A stretch of DNA of 63,969 nucleotides, counting the filler, from Kipferlia bialata (lineage: Eukaryota): assembly GCA_003568945.1 (NCBI GenBank). It is 3 parts of 3 records of this genome, joined end to end, with 100 filler letters (N's around TTAATTAATTAA, not from the genome) between each part and the next. Parts side by side here need not be neighbours in the genome. Positions count along the whole stretch, not along the records: positions 1 to 21,490 come from BDIP01000323.1; positions 21,591 to 43,061 come from BDIP01000324.1; 1 more part is not named here. One strand, given 5' to 3'. Below, one piece after another: positions 12,672-24,505 of the stretch. How positions within the stretch are numbered: position 1 is the stretch's first letter; each line of letters begins with the position of its first letter. The translations under genes were made by a program, and so were the position numbers. The notes under the pieces are model-generated. The model made no database searches. It had not been told where the DNA came from and saw nothing but the letters and a program-made list of their open reading frames with translations.

Positions 12672-15600
12672 TTACAAGCAGTTGACTAATAGACTGTGCA
12701 GAAAGGCTTCATTAATTGTAATTGTCCATGTCCTGTAGTTGAATAACTCACCAGCGGTCATATCAACCTTCCCGTTGTGCTCATCTTGAATGGTCTGGTA
12801 CTCCTGGGGCACAGGACATGGCTGTCCCTTGACTGCATTCGGGGACTGCTGTCCTAGTACAGAGTACCCGCTCTTCGCCTTAGTCCTCTTGCGGCAGCAA
12901 ACCACCACAACGGATACCACTATGGAAAGGATCAGAACCCCAACAACCACTAGTAGCCATGTGTGCACTGGGGCCACTATGGTGTAGTTGCAGGCTACCC
13001 TGGCACGGGCCTCACCAGTTTGTCCGCCGGTTTGTATCTCAATGTACATGCATGGCATAGCGTCGTGGCTAGATGCAGGTGCGGGGTCATCGAATGTGAA
13101 TGACTCACTGATATCCACATCACCATTAGTAACAGTGTCCTCAAGGTAGCTCGTACCAACGACATTGCTATCCTTGCCCTCGCACCAGCCAGTGTACAGT
13201 CTCAGTTCAGCTGAATTGGCGTCAATGGTACCAGAGAGGGAAATGGTGCCTAGATCAGGGTCACTGACCCCAGGGTTGATGACGTATGTGTCCAACATGT
13301 AAGGGATGTAGCGATCGATGGAGAAGGAACCAGAGGTGTCTGTTGCCACGTGGATCTTGGCGAAGAATGCGTCGATTGCGTAGTCGCAAGAGAAACCAGT
13401 ACCCCCAACATAGCTGTCGGGAGTTGCAAACTGCACTGTGATGCAGTTGGTGTCAGCATAGGTGGGGAAAGACACGTCGACATCCTCTGTGAATGAACCA
13501 GTCAAGGTCTGCACCTCAGTGCTAGAGTTTGTCACCACGGATATACCATCATAACTGGCAGAGGACACTGTGATTGAGGCATCCTCAGCAAGCTCACCAG
13601 TGCAAGAGAGAAGCCCATGAGCTATGGCAGATCCTGTGATGACCCACGTACCATCCTGACTGTAATAGTTGGAGTTGGCTATCGTTCCAGTCTGACTAGA
13701 GAGGTACTGCACAGCATCATCTTCAACATAGATGGTACTTGTGTAGTCAGCGGAGTAACCATTGCTGCTCTGCGTAGGGTCGGCGTCAGCTGTCTGGAAC
13801 TCCAGATACCAGCAGTTGATGGCTGCGCTGGAATCACTCTCCACATCAAATGCTAGAGTGTATGATGACGTCTGGCTAAAATCGTTAGCCACAAGGATTG
13901 CCTTTGAGGTGGCATCCGGCTGGTCAGCATCACAGTGGGCCACATACAGTGTCAGGGAGTCCCTTGCTGCATACTTGGCCGTCACTGTCACTAAAACTGT
14001 GGCTACTTTAGTGCCGGCATTCACAACGACAGTATCGTCCTGGTTGGCTAGGTATCGGCCACTGGATACAGTACCATTGAGGTCTGTCACAAGAGTGGTC
14101 GTTGTGTAGGCCAACATGCTGTAGGAGACCTCTATAGAGTTACCAGTACCAGTTATATCACCCGTCTGTAACTCAATGTACATACATGGCAGGGCATTGG
14201 GGTTTGAAGCCGGGGCAGAGTCGCTAAGTGTGAATGACTCACTGACATTCACATTGCCCTTCGACACAGATTGATGGAGAACGCTGTTCCCAACAACAGT
14301 GTCTCCCTCACACCAGCCAGTGTAGAGTCTCAAGTACGATGTGTCAGCGTCAATGAAACCAGAAATGTCAATGTTCCCTTGGTCAACGGCCTTCATGTTG
14401 GGGTTGATGATGTACTTGTCTTGCATGAAAGGGACACAGCGGTCAAGGGAGAATGAACCGATGGCCTCTGTCTCAACATGATCTTTCACTGTGTACGGTT
14501 CGACAGTGTAGTCGCAAGAGAATCCCGCCGCCCCGATGTAAGTGTCACTTGTGGCAAAGTGTAGAGTGATACAGTTGGTGTCCGCATATGTGGCAAACAG
14601 TACATCGACATCCACTGTGAAGTCACCAGTCAGGGCCTGCACCTTGCTCTCGGAGTTGGTCACAACAGAAACACCATCATAACTCCCGGTGGATATTGTG
14701 ACAGAATCACCCTGGGCTAGGTGACCACTACATGAGAGAACAGCGTAGGCCATGGCAGAACCAGTGATGACCCAAGTGGTGTCCTCGTTACTATAATAGT
14801 TTGTGTTGGTTATAGTACCGGTAACGTCAGTAAGGTACTGAACCGGATCCTCTTTTACGTACTCGACGCTTGTGTAGTCGACAGAGTAAGCCTTGTCACC
14901 TGACAAGCTAGCAGTGTCTGCTGTCTGATACTCTATGTACCAGCAGTTGACAGCATCAGTGGACTCACTCAACACGTCGAAGGTAAGGGTGTACATAGTG
15001 ACATCGTCGAACTCACTGGCTATCAGTACCGCTCCAGAGGTGGAGTCAGGCTCACCGGCACCACAATGCGCAACGTAGAGGGATAGTGAGTCGGACTCTG
15101 CGTACAAGGGAGTTACCGTGAGAGATACCGAGGCCACACTATCACCGGGGTTGACTACCACAATGTTGTTCCTATTGGCTGGATAGAGGTCGTTGGATAT
15201 GGTTCCAACCAGATCAGTGACCAGAGTCACGGTGGTGTGTGACTCCATAGTGTAGCTGACCTCCACAGGGTCGAAGTCACCAACCTCTTCCTGAGTCTGA
15301 ATCTCGATGTAAATGCAACGCATTGCGTGGCTTGTTGGGGGCGCGTCTGCTTCCACAAAGGTGATGGTCTCACTAATACTTACGATCCCGTCACTAACAG
15401 TGTCCACAGGGTAAGAACTGGCGATGATATTCTTACCCTCACACCAACCAGTGTAGAGTCTGAGCTCAGCAGTGTAGGCGTCAATGTCACCAGAGATTGT
15501 GACACAGCCCTCATCGGCGTTCTCTATACTCGGGTTGATGATGTATGTGTCGAGCATGAATGGCACATAGCGATCAATGGAGAAGGATCCTGCGGGGGTA

Positions 15601-18600
15601 TTCTCCAGATGGACCTTTTCCGTAAAGGAATCCGTCGTATAGGCACATGTGAATCCAGCACCACCTAAATAGCTGCTACTGGTAACGAACTCAACAGTGA
15701 TGCAGTTGGTGTCCTGATATGTGGGGAACACAACATCCACATCCTCACTGAAGTCACCGGTCAAGCACTCCACCTCCTTCATAGAGTTATACACAACGTC
15801 CTGTCCGTCAACTGTCGCAGCAGAGATAGTGACCGAGTCACTCTTGGCCAGCTGCCCACTGCAAGAGAGGACACCGTGTGCAATGTCCTCTCCAGTGATC
15901 ACCCAAGTGCTGTCCTGGTTACTGTAGTAGTTGGAGTTGGTGATAGTACCAGTCGCATCAGTAAGGTACTCGACAGGGCGAGTGAAGACATATGAGTCAG
16001 CGGTGTAGTCGACAGAGTAGCCCAGGTTGGACAAGGTTGCGTCGGCATCGGCTGTGACAAACTCAAGATACCAGCAGTTGATGGAATATGGGCTAGTGCC
16101 CTCCACATCTAGAGCCAGTGTGTAGGAGTTGGTCTGATCAAACTCACTCGCTATGAGGGCGGCATGTGAGGTGGAGTCTGGCCGGTCGGCATCACAGTGA
16201 GCGACGTACAGAGAGAGGAAGTCAGTCGCAGCGTACATCGGGGTTACAGTCACCAAGACTGACGCTACGTCTGGCCCGGCATTGACTACCACAGTGTCAT
16301 CCTGGTTGGTCAAGTAGCGATCATTGGAGAAGGTTCCAGCGATGTCGGTGACCAGCGTCCTCATATAGTAAGGCGTAGTGTCGTAGGACACGTGTAGCTT
16401 GGTGGTGTCGCTAGTCGTACTCCCAGTCTGGACCTGGAAGTAGACACAGGGTTTGGCTTCAGGGTTGGATGCCGGAGCAGGAGTATCGATAGCAATGGTA
16501 ACAGTGCTGTACACGGCACCAGCAGAGACACTAGCTTGGAGACTGCTTCTTCCCACGACAACACCTTCCTGGTACCAACCGGTAAAGACCTTGAGCTCTG
16601 TGGTGTAAGTGTCGATGTTTCCGGTGAAGACCAGGCTGCAAGTATCCTTCTCCACTATGCTAGGGTTGATGACGTATGTGTCTAGCATGTAGGGAACCAA
16701 GCGGTCGATGGAGAATGCTCCAGTAGCATCAGTCTCTGAGAAGTCCTTGGATGTGAATGAGTCTGTCTTGTAGCGACACGAGAAGCCTGCGCCTCCGAGG
16801 TAGTTGTTGCTAGTGACAAAGTGTACAGTGATGCAGTTGGTGTCCTCATAGGTTGCAAACAGTACATCGACATCCACACTGAAGTCTCCAGTCAAGACCT
16901 GCACCTCTCTGTTGGAGACAACTATTTCACCATCGTAAGTAGCAGTGGATATAGTGACGGAGTCATCCGTGCCTAGCTGTCCGCTGCATGACAAGAGACC
17001 GTGGGCTATAGCGGTACCCGTTATTACCCAAGAACTATCCTGACTGCTATAGTAGTTGCTGTTTGCAATAGTCCCCGCGGCATCAGTGAGGTACTGAACC
17101 GGGTCCTGCTCCTCGTACACAGTGCTTATGTAGTCGACAGAGTAACCACTGCTCTCAAGAGAGATATCGGCACCAACGGTTTCGAATTCCGTGTACCAAC
17201 AGTTGACAGCGTCTAACGCATCACTTGCCACATCTAGTGCTAGGTTGTAGGTGGTAGTCTGGTCAAACGCACCGGAAATGAGTACGTCTCCGGAGGTGAC
17301 GTCGGGGTCGGCAGCGTCACAGTGAGCGACGTAAAGGGATAGATGATCGGTCTCTCTTAACTGGGAGGTCACTGTTATGGCAACGGACGCCACAATGGAT
17401 CCTGCATTAACCACGACAACATCGTCTTGGTTGGCAAGGTATCGGCTGTTGGACACGGTACCGGCTAGGCTAGTAACCAGAGTGACAGTGTTGTAGGACT
17501 CCATCTCATACACTACGTCAATGGGGTAGAAGTGGCCAGCGACATATGTCGTCTGCAGCTCGACATACATGCATGGCACAGCAACATTCGATGGAGCCTC
17601 ACTGACGTAGTCAAAAGTGAAGGCCTCGCTGACATCAACGCTCCCATTAGTGGCAGAGTCTACTAGGAGACTATCACCCACAACAGTACCGCCCTCACAC
17701 CAACCCGTGAATAGCCTCAGTGTTGCAGTCTCAGCATCAATAGAACCAGTGATGGAGATGGTTCCTAGGTTGGGGTTCTCGATACTAGGGTTGATTACGT
17801 ATGTGTCTAGCATGTAGGGGACGTATCTCCCAAGAGTGAAGGATCCAGCATCATCGGTCTCAACCGAGTCACTGGTCGTGAACTGATCGACGGTGTAGTC
17901 GCACGTGAAGCCTGTCCCTCCCAAGTGAGTGTCTGCAGTCACAAACTCCATAGTGATGCAGTTGGTGTCTTCGTAGGATGCGAATGTGACATCCAAGTCA
18001 ACACTGAAAGTGGCAGTCAATGTCTGTACTTCAGTGCTCGAGTTGGTAACCACCCCAATCCCATCGAAAGCAGCTGTAGACACAATCAGGGAGTCCGTGG
18101 AGGCAACCTCGCCGCTGCAAGAGAAGAGGGCATGAGCAAGTGAGGGGCCAGTAATGACCCAGGTCTTGTCCTGGTTGCTGTTGTAGTTGGTGTTGGCGAT
18201 GGTTCCAGTCTCATCAGTCAGGTACTGGATGGGGTCCACTTTCACATGTGGTGTGCAGGTGTAGTCAGCAGAGTATCCCATGTGGGTCTGGCTAGCGTCA
18301 GCGTCTGTCGTCGTGAACTCGAGGTACCAGCAGCTGACGGCGTCTGGGGACGTGCTGTGGACATCTAAGGCCAGCAGATAGGTGCTAGTCTGGTCAAACT
18401 CACTTGCTATAAGGATGGTATTCGTAGTAGAGGATGGCTGGTCGGCATCACAGTGGGCCACATACAGGGAGAGGGAGTCGGTCTCTGCATACTTGGGAGT
18501 CACCGTGACAGAGACCGACGCAACATCTGGCCCAGCATTGACCACAACAGTGTCGTTCTGGTTAGCTTGGTACCGGTCGTTGGAGAGAGTGCCTACTGGG

Positions 18601-20696
18601 TCTGTGACTAGGGTCACGGTGGTGTATGTCTCCAGCTCGTATGTAATACTTACATAGTCGAACGGACCGGTCTCCAACCCAGACTGGACTTCCAAGAACA
18701 GACAGTGCGTAGCATCCTGGTGCGTAGAAGGCGCAACTCCATCGAAGATGAACACCTCTCTGATATCGACAATGCCGATAAAGGCAGAGTCTACTAGCAC
18801 ACTGTCCCCCACCACTATGTCTCCTTCACACCACCCAGAGAAGAGTCTTAACTCGGTTCCTTCTGAATAGAATGCTCCTGAGACATATATGCTGCAAGAG
18901 TCATGCTGCACCGTCGGAGGGTTGATGATGTATGTATCCAACATGAAGGGTTCATAACGCCCATCACATCCACTTCCTACCCCAAATGTGCCAGACTGTG
19001 CTGATTGCGTGTTGTACTCTTGAGTGTAAGAGTCAGTGGAATAGGAGCATGCTATCGTAGATCCCCCAAGGAAGTCTCTGTCTGTAGTCCAGAGGACTGT
19101 TACACAGTTGGTGTCCTTATACGTGGGAAAAGAGACAACGTTGGTGCTCAAAGCCCCTGTTTGGGTCCACTGTTCCACCACATCTGAGACCTCACTGCCG
19201 TCCCAACTACCAGTAGACACAGAGAGTAAGTCTCCAGAACCAGCGGTTCCCGAGCACGTCAAAGTGACATAAGCCATAGAATCGCTAGCTATCACCCACA
19301 GTACACTCTGGTCGTTGTAATAGCTCTTCGGGGAAAGAGTCCCAGTGGGCTGTCTTGTGACCCTCTGCGTAGGCTCAGCAACGTACTGTTGGGCAATGAA
19401 GGAAATCTTCAGCGGAGGAGAGTAGTAGTTAGACCCCGCTTGTATGTAGTGCTCCATGTACCAACAGTTCATGTTCGTTGGCGACTGCTCCACATCGAAT
19501 GTGAGATACGCCTGGTTGTACACAGATGAATTTGTCGCGTATTCGAACACCTTGATACCGGACTCAAGATTCACCTGCCCGTCAACACAATGGGCAACAA
19601 AAACGCTGACAAAGTCATCTACACCAGTGGCGTAGTTCAGGTATGTGTTGTGCAGATAGACTGAAGCCAAGGTCACCCCATCTCCTGGAACGAATGCATA
19701 CACACAGTTCTTTGTTGGATCAGCTTTAGGTGCCTCAAAATTAGCTGATGTGAGCTCGGTAACCAAAACGATGATACTAGAATCTAAGAACAGCACAAAC
19801 GTCTATAAGTAACATAATGAAACCTATATTACCTGAAAGACTATCCAGATCAACCACTACAGTTGACTGGATAATTGTCTCACTTCCAGTAAGAACACCA
19901 TGGTAGGCCTCTCCAGCAACAACTGAGGACACATAGGACATGACATCGTGACCAACGGAACCACTCAAGGAGCCCTGTAATCAGAGGGTGGGGAGGCATC
20001 AGGGGTGGGTGCACAAAAATATTATGGAGAACATTGCGTGCATAATTGGTATGGGATACAGAAAACGAAGAAGTAGTTGTTAGTAACAACTTGTTACTGT
20101 GCATCAGGCATAAACACATGGCGCCAATGGCCCGTACCTCCACATCGGTACTGCGACTAGCCACTGAGGAGGTGTAGCTGGCTGAGAACGCAGCCTCCGA
20201 ATGGTCACGCCCTGTCTCACTAGGGACATGGGTCATTGTCCAGCAGTTGAGGGCATCTGCCGTCTCATATCCATGGTCCAGGGAGAGGAAGAGGGACAGA
20301 GAGGGGGAAGAGGTGTCGATGTCTATCTCCTCTGGGCTTGACGTAGTGGTGATGCCGTCAGAGGTGGAGCAGTGGGCGAGGCACAGGGAGAGAGAGTCGT
20401 CCTCGCGGATGTCCATGACAAGGTCAAGGGAGACATGGGACACATCGGAACCGGGATACACGATCCAGGTCTGAGGGGTGACAAGGTTGGCACCACTGTG
20501 GAAGAAGCCCTGTGGTGAGGTCTGGGTATCGAAGGTGTATCAGAGGGTACTCACAGTCTAACAGGACGCTTAAGGATGTCAATCTACATACCTGGGGAGT
20601 GTAGAGTGTGGTGACATTCTCACTGTAGACAGGACCCTGGGTCAGGGCCGCACAGAAGAGACTTGCCAGGACAAGAGCAGTGGGTAGCAGGGGCAT
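12672..20696 (-). CDS. giant type I membrane protein with tandem CUB-like modules (6 x A-B-C trimer plus N-terminal module)
   Basis: Signal-peptide-like start MPLLPTALVLASLFCAALTQG (ATG 20696) and a few short 5' exons, then a 7.1-kb open frame with six ~385-aa repeats. These are followed by the TM segment WLLVVVGVLILSIVVSVVVVCC-RKR and a short tail. The modules show a CUB-like pattern (GTIxNxNY...WVI...DSVTI...ITVxFxT-D...GFSCxY). A possible last intron (G|gtgagt near 12751) makes the true stop uncertain. Confidence 0.8.
12975..19720 (-). repeat. coding tandem repeat, six ~1.15-kb units, each of three ~128-aa modules
   Basis: The motifs LYVAHCDA...NCWY (A), QYLTDxxGTI...TYxDTNCIT (B) and PYMLDTYVINP...LYTGWCEG (C) each recur six times in A-B-C order. 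The first unit is the most diverged. Confidence 0.9.
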
Positions 20697-21440
20697 ACTG
20701 GGTGAGAGAACATTACTTAGGGGTAATTGAAAGTTCATGTATCCTCAAGCGATGAGTAGCTGAAGAAGACCCTTACCCTACACGCTTCAAACTCTAAGAC
20801 GCTATATCGGGTTAGATACGGACCTTCATCAGCTAAAAGAGTAGAACTATACCTCAGACCCCGCAGTGTCCTTCCTGGATCTCGTTGGTAAGCTCTAGTG
20901 ACCATCAAGTGATCACAAGGTGTGGAAGAAGATCGCTTCTCATTCTGTGTGCACAACGATCTGTAAACCCTTTCACTTTTTTGTCTCCGAGGTCGTTTCA
21001 AACGCTGTCTGCCTGGGCCTCTCTTCAATCCACTCCTATATATCACACCGGACTGGGTTCCTTGCTGACTGGGTCCGAGAAGACTGAGTATATATCAGTG
21101 AGGGACTTGGTTAACTGAGGAGGCTAGGTCAAGTGGAGAGAGAGGGAGAGAGAGGAGGGGAGAGAGGCCAGAGATGATGGGTGGGGCATCTGGTATGAAC
21201 AGGTGAGGGAGCGAACACCACCTAGCTGGATATATGGGAGACTACGTGTTTTCGTGATGCTAGGGTATGTGGGGGAGAGTGTGTGAGTGGAGAGAGAGGG
21301 ACAGAGAGAGGGTAAGTACAATATCAGTTTGAGTTTGCCCCCACACCATAGCCATACTCCATACAGTCTTACCTCAATGCAATCCCGGCACATGCTCTGA
21401 GTGTCTCCTCCATCCCCCTTCTCAGTGTCTAAGTCCGGCC

Positions 21441-21490
<50 letters not shown>

Positions 21491-21590
21491 NNNNNNNNNN
21501 NNNNNNNNNNNNNNNNNNNNNNNNNNNNNNNNNNTTAATTAATTAANNNNNNNNNNNNNNNNNNNNNNNNNNNNNNNNNNNNNNNNNNNN
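21491..21590. other. artificial scaffold spacer (44N-TTAATTAATTAA-44N)
   Basis: Exactly 100 bp, with a central 12-mer that has stops in all six frames. An identical structure lies at 43062-43161. Confidence 0.95.
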
Positions 21591-24309
21591 GGGGGAGAGC
21601 GAGGGGGAGAGCAGAGAGTCCTTGCTCCCAATCAGCACCGCAGTCAAGGGGTCAGGGGTATCCTTCTGGGGGCTGGTGCCACTCATACTGGTCTGGGGTA
21701 TAGGGACAGGGGGTGACGAACTCGGGGTGGGGGTGCCTCGGGACACAGAGGTCTCTCTCTCTCTCTCCCTCGCCCTCAGCTGCTCAGTCAGGGCAGCCCG
21801 CCTCTGCTTACTCCGCTTCAGCTGGGCCACGGCCTTGGCCCTCTCTCTCTCTCTCTCCGCCTCCAGTCTGACGTCTCTCTTGGTCTCCCCCTCTTCCTTG
21901 GCCTTGAGCTGGTCCCTTGCGGCCTAGGGTAAGAACAATGCTACTCTAGCCATACATGGTGATTGTTGACCATATCTAATCCACTTAGATGTGTACTCTG
22001 AGGTGTACCTTTATCTGCCGCATCAGTCTCTGCTCGGTGTGTGTCATGCCTGAGAGCTTGGCCTGATATGAGGGGGCAGATAGGGTACATTATGGTCATT
22101 GCGAGTATAACTGAAGGGAGGCATAGGACATGTATAATGCAGCTACACACCTTGAGGGCTGTGTTCTGTGTATTTGCCGTCTCTTTCTTCTTCTGTAGCC
22201 TTGTCACTGCTGCCTCTGCCACAATGCATGCACACAGCAGGGTGTCAATACGGTTCTTAAGAGCCCTGGGGGGTGAGACTTGGAGTGATAAGGGGGTGAT
22301 ACATATAAATCTCTGGATTACCAGGGACTCAAGACATATACGATGGGGTGATACCTGGCAACGTTGGGGTTAGCAGGTGCGGGCTCTGCCTTTGCGGCCT
22401 GTCTCTCTCTCTCTCTCCGCACCCTCTCCTCTGTCTGTCTCTCTAGGTCGGACAGACCTCTGCTGTTACCCAGTCTCTCTCTCTCTCTCTCCTCCTCAAC
22501 CGGCTCATCCTCTGGCAGTACGTGCAGATAGGGAGACCGAGGCTGGGGGTTGGGCCGCAGGGGGGTCTTGTCCACTGAGGTCGTGGGCTTGACCCTCCTG
22601 GACTTCTGAGCTCTGGTAGCAGGCACCTTCTCTCTCTGCCGCACCACTCTTCCACCCACTCTGCGGGGCTTGTCGGACACCCCTCTCCCCTCTGCCCCCT
22701 CTCTCCTAGCACTGACAGTGGGACTACCTAGGCTAGTCTGACTAGACCGCATCTTGGCCGATATGCGTCTGTACACAGGGGACTCTGATGGCTGGGGGAG
22801 GCGCTCCTGCGTGTCTCTCTCGTGTGTAGTGCCCTCCACCCTCTCCACCAGACCCCGCCTTGACCTCTCCATCTCAGCATCTCTCTCTCTCTCTCTCTGC
22901 GAGTCTTCTCTCTGTCCCCTCTCGGGCCTCTCCTGCCTTGTCTGCTGTGTCCCCACTCTGGAACTCCTCATCCGTGCCACCACCGCCTGCACATTGTCGC
23001 CCTCCCCCCTTAGGACCCCTCTATAGTCAGAGGCAGAGGCGTGTCTGTAGAAGAACTCAGGGGGGGATGGGGTCAGGCTGGCAAGGGCCACAGAGAGCCT
23101 TGCAATCTCCACCATCCTCCGCCATGAGTGCTCCACCCTGTCTGGGGCCTCTCTACCCCTCCCAGTCTCCCTCAGGCCACTCACATCCACCACCAGCATG
23201 GAAGGGGTGTCACCTCTTACAAGGGCACCCTCTAGAAGGGATACCACACCTCCATCCACCTCAGGGGGGTTGGGTGCCAGGGCTAGGTACACAGGCTGCA
23301 GGAAGGCAGTGGATCGGTCTCCATCTACAGGTGCGAGTGCGGCGAGGGTCAGGGTACCCACCCTGAAAGGGGTCCAGGACAGCTTGCCTCTCTTAGCCTC
23401 GCTCCACTCACCCGCCACGTCCCTCTGACCCAGTCTGTATGATGTGGCAGTGAGGTGCAGGACAAGGTGGTGGGCGGCACTGAAGGGGAGGGCCACCTCA
23501 CAGGCAGTCAGGGCGTCATCGTTGGACATGAGGGGTAGAGACGTGGGGGTGAGGGGGTCTGCGGTCACCGTGCCCTTGGGATGGGCGAGGAGGTCTGCTA
23601 TCCGGCCATCGGCATCAACTGCCTGCACAGAGAGAGAGAGGGAGTGCCGCAGATGGGGGTCAGAGGTGGAGCTGAACACTGGGGGTAAGAGCAGGTATGA
23701 AGATAGTAACACTAATACATGCACCAGTATTGCGGCATACCATTCTTGAAGTGCCGCAGTGCCATGGAAATCATTGTCTGAGAGCTACCCATGTGCAGTT
23801 GTCTGGGGTGAGACACACAGAAGAGTAGACGGGACACAAACAGAGTAGTATTCTGACATGTTACATCGGGAATACCACTTGACTAGGTACTCCCTGGCAA
23901 CACAAACAACACTGGTAGAATGAGAAGCCATACAATACTCTTAGTCAAGGAAGCAAGTACTATGGGATGTAGTTAGAGTACCTGAGGCTACTGGATGCAT
24001 CTGCCAGTATGATGACAGTGCTGTCCTCTCCTAGACAGGCCCTAGACATAGCTGACTGTGAGATAATTGAAGGTGATATAACATATACATACCATTAATA
24101 CAGTACACTCAGCCGCAATACGTACCTGGAGCAATGTGGTCTCTGTAAACAGCTGCAGCAGCCGGGGGCTGGCCTGCTTGAGCAACATCCACGGACACTG
24201 TCTGCTCTCTCTTGCCAGTCACAGATAGGACACCCTCACTACGGTGGACGCTGAAGGTGTTCCCATTAGCCCGTACCGGAGAGTCAGGACCATACACCAC
24301 GCACCGCAT
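21591..24309 (-). CDS. degenerate kinesin-motor-like protein with low-complexity middle and coiled-coil C-terminus (3' truncated by scaffold end)
   Basis: Spliced: MRCVVYGP...VYRDHIAP|AMSRACLGEDSTVIILADASSSL|RQLHMGSSQTMISMALRHFKN|VF...SLSVQAVDADGRIADLL...HHLVLHL...VGTLTLAALAP...VVSLLEGALVRGDTPSMLVVDVS. This is collinear with kinesin motor elements, but the P-loop, SSRSH and DLAGSE are lost. Confidence 0.6.
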
Positions 24310-24505
24310 GGGTGAGGAGACACTATAATCTGTGGGGGCGTGAGTGCACTCTGTACAATGTTAAGGAAGGCCATAAACATCAGAGTTGCTCTCATCACAA
24401 AAGGGTGTAGTAGTTTTTGGTCAAAAACACTCCCTACACCCCTATGCGAGGATGATCTTGCTTGTGTTCAAGGCCTTCCTTCACCCCAGACAGCTCCCTA
24501 GCACA

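Noticed and set aside
12790..12875. Two tyrosine motifs in the receptor tail as an ITAM
   Set aside because: The spacing is 18 residues versus the 6-8 typical of ITAMs; treated as YxxPhi sorting signals instead.
21120..21490. Minus-strand exon-like fragments next to a poly-C run
   Set aside because: Probably the 3' end of a gene cut by the scaffold edge and too short to call. Long poly-C/G runs at gap edges are likely unreliable.
21535..21546. TTAATTAATTAA palindrome inside N runs (also 43106-43117)
   Set aside because: Artificial six-frame-stop linker. Gene order across these points has no biological meaning.
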